A stretch of 22,895 nt of DNA from assembly GCA_004524535.1 (NCBI GenBank), contig SDNY01000053.1, positions 1 to 22,895 on the forward strand. The letters run 5' to 3'. The stretch comes from Promethearchaeota archaeon (lineage in GTDB: Archaea; Asgardarchaeota; Lokiarchaeia; Sigyniarchaeales; SOKP01). The translations under genes were made by a program, and so were the position numbers. Below are positions 16,111 through 22,895 of the stretch, piece after piece. Each line of letters begins with the position of its first letter. Position 1 is the stretch's first letter. The notes under the pieces are model-generated. The model ran no database searches, had not been told where the DNA came from, and saw nothing but the letters and a program-made list of their open reading frames with translations.

Positions 16111-18372
16111 TTGACTAAAATAGCGAAAAAAGATTTAGTCCCTATTATATTAGTAGTCCTACTTCTTTTCGTCTCCATCGCATGTGCTAATATGTTAATT
16201 CCTAGCTATGCTGCCATTGAAAAGGAATTTAATATTCCGGAAGCGCTAATTGCGATTCCCGATGCCTTTTTTATTTTATTTAGCGCTTTTTTCGCATTAA
16301 TTTGGGGTTATTATACGGATCGCATTGATAGAGGTAAAGTTATAATGGGAGGCGCTTTTTCTTGGACAATAGGGATGTTATTAACTTCATTTAGCACCTC
16401 TTTTCAAATACTCCTTTTTTCTAGGATTATAAGTGGAGCTGGACTTGGTTGTGTGTTGCCAGTAGGATATTCTATTATTTCGGATGCAATACCTCCTGAA
16501 GAACGGTCAGGATGGTTTGGAATGCTTGCTATTTTAAGTTCAATATCTAACGGAATTGGACAGGCGTTATCTTCTTTTTTAGGACCTGCTACAAGTTGGA
16601 GATTTCCTTTCCTTCTATTGGCAATAATTAGCATTTTTATTATTATTATCCTTTTTTTTATAAAAATACCTCAAAGAGGGGCAAGTGAAGACGAATTATT
16701 AGATTTGGCAGAATTAAGTTTAGAATATAGTTATAAAATCTCAACTTCAGATTTAGCTCAAATTATTAGGAAAAAAACTAATAGATACTTAACAATTCAA
16801 GCCTTTTTCGCAATCATACCCGGAACAATTTTAGTATATTTCCTGACTTCTATGTTTGCACTTCACTTTTTTGTTGAATTGCCAGAGGAAATTCGGCTTC
16901 AAACAGCGTCAATTTTTGCAGGAATGGTTGGGATTGGTTATATTTTAGGAAATATTATACTCTCTCGTATAGGAGATGCTTTATTTAAAAGAAATAAAAG
17001 AAATAGAGCTCGATTAGCAACAGTGTGTATTATCATAACGATTCCTCTATATCTTATGACTATGTTTTTCATCCAGCCTATTAATGTTGATAAATTAAAT
17101 ATTAATTATCCTGACGATATTCCGGCGGGAGAGACATGGAATTATATAATTTTAACTGTTGGTGCAATATTCAGAGTTTATCCAAGTTATATTCTATATT
17201 TTATATTCGGATTAATTGGAACCACAATAGCGGCAGGTTCAGTTGCAAATAGGAATGCAATTTTAATTGATGTCAATATGCCTGAACACAAAGGTACTGC
17301 TGCTTCATTTTTTAATCTTTCAGAACAAATAGGTAAAGGAATTACTTTATTAATCTCTTTTATGTTAATTATGTGGCTTGGAAGCATATATAATATGATG
17401 GTATTTGCAATAATATTTTGGATACCCGCTGCTATTTTATGGTATATTGTAAGTAAAAACGTAGAGGATGATATGTTTGTGAAATCGAGAATATTAACAG
17501 AAAGAAAACAAATAACTTTAATTGATTACATTTTCGAATTAGAAATTCAAATGGATAGAGCAATCCAGAAAGTTCAAGATTCAAAATACTATCTTGAATC
17601 AGATACAGAAAAATTCAATAAATTATTAGATGATGCAATAAGAATATTTGTATGGGTTGAACGAGAAGGAGAATCAAGAAGCATTACAAATATTGAAAAA
17701 AAGGCAGGAATGTTGAAACGTAATGCCTTATTGATTAAAGAAAAGACAAATACAATACATAATAAGCTTAAAGATAAAAATCTAAATATTAAAGAGAAAG
17801 ATCTCCTATATGAACAATTAAGAGATTTAAAACTAAAGATTGTTGAGTCGGAGAAGAGTACTTTTGGAGAACTTCAAACTTTTTATGAAGTTGCGTATTT
17901 AAAGATAGTTGAGGCAAGGTTACTACGTAATTATGATTTAATTAAATGTATGATAAAGATTAATGAAGCCATAAGTATTTACCATAGAACTAAACATCTT
18001 CTAAAAGAAAGAATGGAGGAGAGATCTGATAAGGATAAGCTTTCTGAAGAAGAATCGATTATATCCGAAAAAGAAAAAGACTTATATGAAAATTGCACGA
18101 AATCTTTGACAGCTACAGTTAAATTGAAAAATGAGATTGAATCTGTTTTTACGCAATTAGATAAAATAGGTATTCATCAAGAAGATTTCGCAAAAATTAC
18201 AGAATTAACCTCGGAATATGAGATTCAGATTTCTAGCGTTATTGTAGATACATTGGCTTTAGATAAGAAATTAAAAAAGGCGATTACGGAAATCTTACAG
18301 AAAATAGAGCAATATTTTAACGAATATGATGAGTCCTTTAAGATTTTCTTAAAGGATCTAAGAGTTTATTAA
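16111..18372 (+). CDS. MFS transporter fused to ~300-aa C-terminal helical domain
   Basis: MFS motif A (GYYTDRIDRGK; SRIGDALFKRNKR), RIISGAG, ISDAIPPEERS, WRFPF and ~12 TM segments to about aa 447, then a highly charged helical tail. Confidence 0.88.
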   Translation: MTKIAKKDLVPIILVVLLLFVSIACANMLIPSYAAIEKEFNIPEALIAIPDAFFILFSAFFALIWGYYTDRIDRGKVIMGGAFSWTIGMLLTSFSTSFQILLFSRIISGAGLGCVLPVGYSIISDAIPPEERSGWFGMLAILSSISNGIGQALSSFLGPATSWRFPFLLLAIISIFIIIILFFIKIPQRGASEDELLDLAELSLEYSYKISTSDLAQIIRKKTNRYLTIQAFFAIIPGTILVYFLTSMFALHFFVELPEEIRLQTASIFAGMVGIGYILGNIILSRIGDALFKRNKRNRARLATVCIIITIPLYLMTMFFIQPINVDKLNINYPDDIPAGETWNYIILTVGAIFRVYPSYILYFIFGLIGTTIAAGSVANRNAILIDVNMPEHKGTAASFFNLSEQIGKGITLLISFMLIMWLGSIYNMMVFAIIFWIPAAILWYIVSKNVEDDMFVKSRILTERKQITLIDYIFELEIQMDRAIQKVQDSKYYLESDTEKFNKLLDDAIRIFVWVEREGESRSITNIEKKAGMLKRNALLIKEKTNTIHNKLKDKNLNIKEKDLLYEQLRDLKLKIVESEKSTFGELQTFYEVAYLKIVEARLLRNYDLIKCMIKINEAISIYHRTKHLLKERMEERSDKDKLSEEESIISEKEKDLYENCTKSLTATVKLKNEIESVFTQLDKIGIHQEDFAKITELTSEYEIQISSVIVDTLALDKKLKKAITEILQKIEQYFNEYDESFKIFLKDLRVY

Positions 18373-18388
18373 AGCTTTTAAAAGATTC

Positions 18389-18685
18389 TTAATTATTATT
18401 ACAATTATTTAGCTCTGAGTGAAGTAAATCGTACATTATATCTAACTCGTCTTCAGATAGATCATTTTTTGATTTTCCTTGATTGTGCAGATAATCTGGA
18501 GATTCGAGATCGAAAAATAAATTTATTAATAAAATTAAACAATTTTGGACTCTAATCAGATTTCCTTTTTCATTAAGGTCGTTCATTAATTCAATTAATA
18601 TTTTAGCTAGACGGATCTTTATTTCATGATATTTATGAATTTCCTTATTATTATAAAATTCAAGAATTTGATCGATGCAGTCCAT
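18389..18685 (-). CDS. Hypothetical protein (helical)
   Basis: 98-aa ORF with ATG start; no motif. Confidence 0.6.
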   Translation of the reverse strand: MDCIDQILEFYNNKEIHKYHEIKIRLAKILIELMNDLNEKGNLIRVQNCLILLINLFFDLESPDYLHNQGKSKNDLSEDELDIMYDLLHSELNNCNNN

Positions 18686-18820
18686 TTTGCTTTAATCTCA
18701 GGAATTTCCTTATCATTTAATTACAACACAATACACATTTATATTTTTATTGAAAATTCTTAAATTCTTCAATTAAAAATTTGACCTGAAATTGAAAAGC
18801 TAATGATTTGTTTTATGAGT

Positions 18821-19363
18821 TTAAACTTCAATGGCTTGAACAAATGTATCAATTTCTTGTTCAAGATCTATGAGATCTTCGATATCTTTTATATCGCTGC
18901 TAGCAAGCCTTCCTAGGAATTCTTTTAATATCTTTTCCTTGGCTTTATCAGTAGGAAACAATAAACTACTTTTATAATGTTCCCAGTCCAAAATATTGGT
19001 AAAAATAAGAAATAAAACTTCAATATGCGAATATTCAATTAAACCAAGAATCTTTTCTCGGGAAATCAGATTTTGTGTGTGATCTTTATAAAACTCTGAG
19101 AGATCATCGTAATAATTCGTAATCCGAGCAATATTGTCAAGTTGCGTTCGTAATGCCGCTTTATTTATAGGGCTTTCTTGATCTTTATACATAATTTCAA
19201 AATAAGACATTATAAAATCTTTTAGCTTCTGTAATCTCTGTTGGAATACGCGAGTTTTCACAATTCTTTCAAACATTGGAGATTCCTTATCCTTATAAAA
19301 CTTAAGTTCAAATTTAACAATGGTAAGTATATCTAAGAACAATTCTTTAATATCGATAACCAT
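18821..19363 (-). CDS. Hypothetical all-helical protein
   Basis: 180-aa ORF, SD-like AAGGT upstream, amphipathic helical pattern. Confidence 0.7.
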   Translation of the reverse strand: MVIDIKELFLDILTIVKFELKFYKDKESPMFERIVKTRVFQQRLQKLKDFIMSYFEIMYKDQESPINKAALRTQLDNIARITNYYDDLSEFYKDHTQNLISREKILGLIEYSHIEVLFLIFTNILDWEHYKSSLLFPTDKAKEKILKEFLGRLASSDIKDIEDLIDLEQEIDTFVQAIEV

Positions 19364-19470
19364 ATTTTTTTAGACCTTTTTTTATTATTTCTACATTAAA
19401 ATTATAACCTTAAAAATATAAAAATTTTAAGTAAATATTTAATGAAATCAATATTTTACTAAGATTAAAT

Positions 19471-20379
19471 CTACTTTTTTGCTATTTTTTTGAATTGTAA
19501 GCCTTTTAAGTGAATTTTAAAAATTCTAAAAGGGCATCGAAGCATAAAACCTAGATCTGTATGAGGATTTTTTCTTAAGTTTAGAAATCTATTGTAGAAA
19601 ACTTTAGCGTGTCTTTTATAATTCAAAATACGTCCTGATTTTTCAAAAAGGATAAATCGAGCAGAAATTTCCTCGAGCGATTTAGAATCTTCAAAAGCAT
19701 AATAATTGGAGGATCTTAAACTCCATTTTACTGCTTCTAATTGATATTTTATTGAATTAAAAGATTTCAACACTGAAGTAGAAATTGAAAAGAAAATTAT
19801 AATAAAATTCATGATGAGACTTCTTACTATTTCAAAAGGCGAAATAACAATCTTTTTAATATGTTCTCTCAAATCTTTTCCATAAAGGATGCTACTATTT
19901 GATACTATGCTGCACAATACAAGTTTTTTCGGTGCGAATAATTTGGAGAATATCCTATTTACCCGAAATATTTTATGAAAAATAAGATTTTCCCAATACT
20001 TTTTCTTGGTTAAAAAATGACTCACAAACATTCCTGTCTCATTTTTTAAAATCACATTTAAAAATCTGTTAACAAATTTTAAATCATCCTCTCGAAAATT
20101 ATGTTTATTTTCTAAAGCGATGAAATATTTTTCAACATCTTTAATTAAGTAATTTGGAATATTATCATTAAAAATAATGAGTAAATCACAATCAGAGATA
20201 GATGTAAAATCCTTTCTTTCTATTTGGCTCCCAAATAAGATAATTGAAGTAATGTTATCAATTCCTATTTTCTTATTAATGATCAGAATAGCCTCATTAA
20301 TATAATTTCGTGATTGTTCGTTAATACCCTCTAATTTGGTGTTAATCTCGTTCTGAATCTTGATATCAAAAACGTTCAT
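19471..20379 (-). CDS. Pol-beta superfamily nucleotidyltransferase with C-terminal helical domain
   Basis: hG[S] motif ILFGS, DxD motif SDCDLLII, 'ILYGKD' at the domain end, then a helical-bundle-like C-terminus. Confidence 0.8.
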   Translation of the reverse strand: MNVFDIKIQNEINTKLEGINEQSRNYINEAILIINKKIGIDNITSIILFGSQIERKDFTSISDCDLLIIFNDNIPNYLIKDVEKYFIALENKHNFREDDLKFVNRFLNVILKNETGMFVSHFLTKKKYWENLIFHKIFRVNRIFSKLFAPKKLVLCSIVSNSSILYGKDLREHIKKIVISPFEIVRSLIMNFIIIFFSISTSVLKSFNSIKYQLEAVKWSLRSSNYYAFEDSKSLEEISARFILFEKSGRILNYKRHAKVFYNRFLNLRKNPHTDLGFMLRCPFRIFKIHLKGLQFKKIAKK

Positions 20380-20424
20380 ATTTTACAGATGTAAAATTAA
20401 TAAAGAAAAAAACTTATCTAAACT

Positions 20425-22440
20425 TTAAATTCCATTAGCTAATTTATAACCCTTATCGATTGCCTCCAAAACTGTAGCAGGTTTTCTCGCATCCCCGATC
20501 TTTTGAATTTCAATTCCCAATGATTTAATCTCTTTAAATAATTCATCATTAGCTTTTACTCCAGTAGCATAATATACATAGTCAACATCATTTATCATTT
20601 GATCTTTTTCAGCGGGATCTATATAAGAGACATAATTCTCTCCAATTTCAGTTACATTTGCACCAGTTTGAAATTTGATACCATATGCATCAGATTTATC
20701 TAAAAGTACCCATTTTGTTGTTTTTCCTAAAGCAGATCCGAGTTTGGGCAACTTTTCTAATACTGTGACTTTATTTCGTCCCTTATGCATCATATCAAGA
20801 GCAACTTGTGGTTCCAAAGCATCATAAAATGTGAGAAAATCAAACGTTTCCATAGTAAGATTTCCAAATTTAGCGATGTATAATGCACATTCAATTCCTG
20901 TCGCTCCGCCACCAATGACAACGTTATTCTTACCTATTGGAGCGTCCCCACTAAAGACATCATTAGCCCAGAAAACATGGGATCTATCAATACCCTTTAT
21001 TGGAGGTTTTATTGGAATGGAACCAGTTGCGAGAATTACAACGTCAGGATTAAACTCTTTTACGATTTCTGGTGTGACTTCTGTTTCTAAATGAGTGATA
21101 ATTCTATGTTTTTGTATCCAATAAGTATAATTTTCAATCATTCTTTTAAATTCATTTCTTCCTGGAGGAATCCAAATAAGATTTAATAGCCCTCCTATTT
21201 TATCATCCTTTTCAAAAATGTGGACTTCATGACCTCTTATTCGAGCAATTCTTGCAGCTTCTAACCCCGCAGGACCAGAACCTATTACCATTACTTTTTT
21301 CTTCTCTTTAATGGGCTTTAAAACAGTTCTAGCTTCTTTTCCAGCCCTAGCATTTCTCAAGCAAGCTATAGGCATCATTCTAAAAACACTATCGAAGCAT
21401 CCTTGGTTACAAGCAATACAGTTCATTATATCGCGGATCTCTCCTTTTTGTGCTTTCATTGGTAAGAAAGGATCAGCAATTAAGCCTCTACCTATACAAA
21501 TTGCGTCAGCTTTTTCAGCCATTAGCACTTGTTCAGCCATAACGGGATCATTTATTCGATTCGTAGCAAAAACCGGAATAGAAACATTTTTTTTAATATT
21601 TTCTGCTAAATACGTATAACATCCCTCAGGTACATCCATAGTAAGCTGTGGGATCTTTGTCTCATGCCATCCCCCTGTAATATTTAAAAAATCTATCCCA
21701 GCTTTCTCGTATGCTTTAGCAATAGGAGGTTTATCTTTATAAGTTAAACTTCCAGGAACAAAATCATCACCAGCCATCCTCATTCCTACAGGAAAATCAT
21801 TCCCTACAGCATCTCTTATTGCTTCAATAGTCTCAAGCGGAAATCTCAATCGATTTTCAAAATCTCCACCATATTCATCTTTCCTTTTATTAACAAATGG
21901 AGATAAAAATTGATCCATTAAATACCCCGCAGACCCACAAATCTCCGTACAATCAAAACCTGCTTTCTTCGCTCGTAATGCAGCATCAGCAAACGCTTGC
22001 TCCTCATTTTTGATATCTTCAAGAGTCATTTCTCGGGGGGTAGTCTTGCTGAATATACTATAGGTTGCTGATGAAGATATTGGTGTTCTACCTATTATTT
22101 GGGAAAAAGTATATCTCCCTCCATGGTATAACTGTGCACAGACTTTAACATCTTCACGAGCTTTATGAACAGCATCAGTAAATTCTATCATTTTTGGAAG
22201 ATACTCGTCACTTTCAATAGAAATCATACTTGGTAGCCCTTTTCCATATATACTCACGTAACAACCACCTACAATAATGAGTCCTGCCCCTCCTTTTGCC
22301 CGCTCAACGTAGAAGTCTATTAGTTTCTTTGTCATGTAGCCGTTCTGAGCAAGATTAGTATGGATTGCGGGCATTACGACCCTGTTAGATATGGTCATAT
22401 CTTTAATTTTTAAAGGTGTAAAAAGTTTAAAAAACTTCAA
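20425..22440 (-). CDS. fadH: 2,4-dienoyl-CoA reductase FadH-like (OYE flavin oxidoreductase with 4Fe-4S and FAD domains)
   Basis: NRVVMP, RAKGGAGLI, GYLMDQFLSP (catalytic Tyr), GWHE (His), CIACNQGC-x10-C Fe-S motif, GSGPAGLEAA and GGGATG Rossmann motifs. Confidence 0.85.
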   Translation of the reverse strand: MKFFKLFTPLKIKDMTISNRVVMPAIHTNLAQNGYMTKKLIDFYVERAKGGAGLIIVGGCYVSIYGKGLPSMISIESDEYLPKMIEFTDAVHKAREDVKVCAQLYHGGRYTFSQIIGRTPISSSATYSIFSKTTPREMTLEDIKNEEQAFADAALRAKKAGFDCTEICGSAGYLMDQFLSPFVNKRKDEYGGDFENRLRFPLETIEAIRDAVGNDFPVGMRMAGDDFVPGSLTYKDKPPIAKAYEKAGIDFLNITGGWHETKIPQLTMDVPEGCYTYLAENIKKNVSIPVFATNRINDPVMAEQVLMAEKADAICIGRGLIADPFLPMKAQKGEIRDIMNCIACNQGCFDSVFRMMPIACLRNARAGKEARTVLKPIKEKKKVMVIGSGPAGLEAARIARIRGHEVHIFEKDDKIGGLLNLIWIPPGRNEFKRMIENYTYWIQKHRIITHLETEVTPEIVKEFNPDVVILATGSIPIKPPIKGIDRSHVFWANDVFSGDAPIGKNNVVIGGGATGIECALYIAKFGNLTMETFDFLTFYDALEPQVALDMMHKGRNKVTVLEKLPKLGSALGKTTKWVLLDKSDAYGIKFQTGANVTEIGENYVSYIDPAEKDQMINDVDYVYYATGVKANDELFKEIKSLGIEIQKIGDARKPATVLEAIDKGYKLANGI

Positions 22441-22562
22441 ATCTCAAATCTCAACCTTGGTTTTTTTTAATTATTTTATTAATTTTTTAGTTAAATTAAG
22501 GATTTTTTCATTAAAAATTTGTTTGAATAAGAATTTCAATTTAATTTTATCAAAAAAGATTA

Positions 22563-22895
22563 TTATCGGAAATATGAATCTGGTCCTTGATCTTCCTGGG
22601 CACCTTTCATAAAGTAATCTGCTTGTTTTTTAAATGAATCGAATACGCCCTGCATCTCTTTGATCTTTTTATCTAATTCTTCAAAAGCCATATCAATCTT
22701 GAAATATTCTTTTAATATCTTAACTAAAGCCTTTGAAGCACGAGGGTCAAGACTCATCATTGGCAAAGGAATCGTTTCAGCTAATAGACAGATTCCTGGT
22801 GCGAAGCCTTTTGCACCTGCATACGCAGGTAATATGCCGTTTGCCCCCGCAATTATTCCACCATCCATCATTTTAGTATTTTCTAATTCTAAAAA
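22563..22895 (-). CDS. PAC2 family proteasome assembly chaperone (5'-truncated by window edge)
   Basis: Frame is open to the window end (FLELENTKMMDGGIIAGANGIL...), then GICLLAET and DPRASKALV, a C-terminal helix and terminal YFR. Confidence 0.8.
   Translation of the reverse strand, partial: FLELENTKMMDGGIIAGANGILPAYAGAKGFAPGICLLAETIPLPMMSLDPRASKALVKILKEYFKIDMAFEELDKKIKEMQGVFDSFKKQADYFMKGAQEDQGPDSYFR

Noticed and set aside
19555-19595. 'RFLNLRKNPH' as a HEPN RNase motif in the nucleotidyltransferase
   Set aside because: The spacing is Rx3H or Rx8H, not Rx4-6H, so it cannot be called catalytic.
2886-22612. Short antisense ORFs in the track (2886-3089, 7560-7784, 8913-9098, 9636-9866, 10549-10749, 13135-13440, 13624-13869, 16404-16634, 17187-17387, 20831-21094, 21311-21619, 22391-22612)
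   Set aside because: They are shadow frames overlapping well-supported genes on the opposite strand and carry no motifs.

Overview
AT-rich archaeal chromosomal window. The archaeal tRNA with a BHB-type intron, the PAC2 proteasome chaperone, the 7TM-RING protein and the expanded acyl-CoA metabolism suggest Asgard/Lokiarchaeia (inferred, not proven). Housekeeping and metabolic genes: partial MmgE/PrpD, MoxR-type AAA+ ATPase, gatC, NDP-forming acyl-CoA synthetase alpha subunit, dUTPase, GNAT, TPR, dodecin, two tandem thiolases, purE, rpiA, FadH-like 2,4-dienoyl-CoA reductase, a nucleotidyltransferase and a partial PAC2. The most notable items: (1) a vapBC cassette sits between the intact moxR and a diverged, truncated 42-codon copy of the moxR 5' end, consistent with an insertion or gene-replacement scar; (2) tRNA-Ala(GGC) carries a 30-nt intron in the T-loop (59/60); (3) an unannotated 35-aa single-pass membrane microprotein; (4) a 7TM protein ends in a C4C4 RING-like finger with TFIIH-p44-type spacing; (5) an MFS transporter is fused to a ~300-aa cytoplasmic domain with an internal repeat that may be MIT-like. 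I saw no CRISPR array, transposase or integrase, and no complete novel multi-gene system can be proven from the sequence alone.
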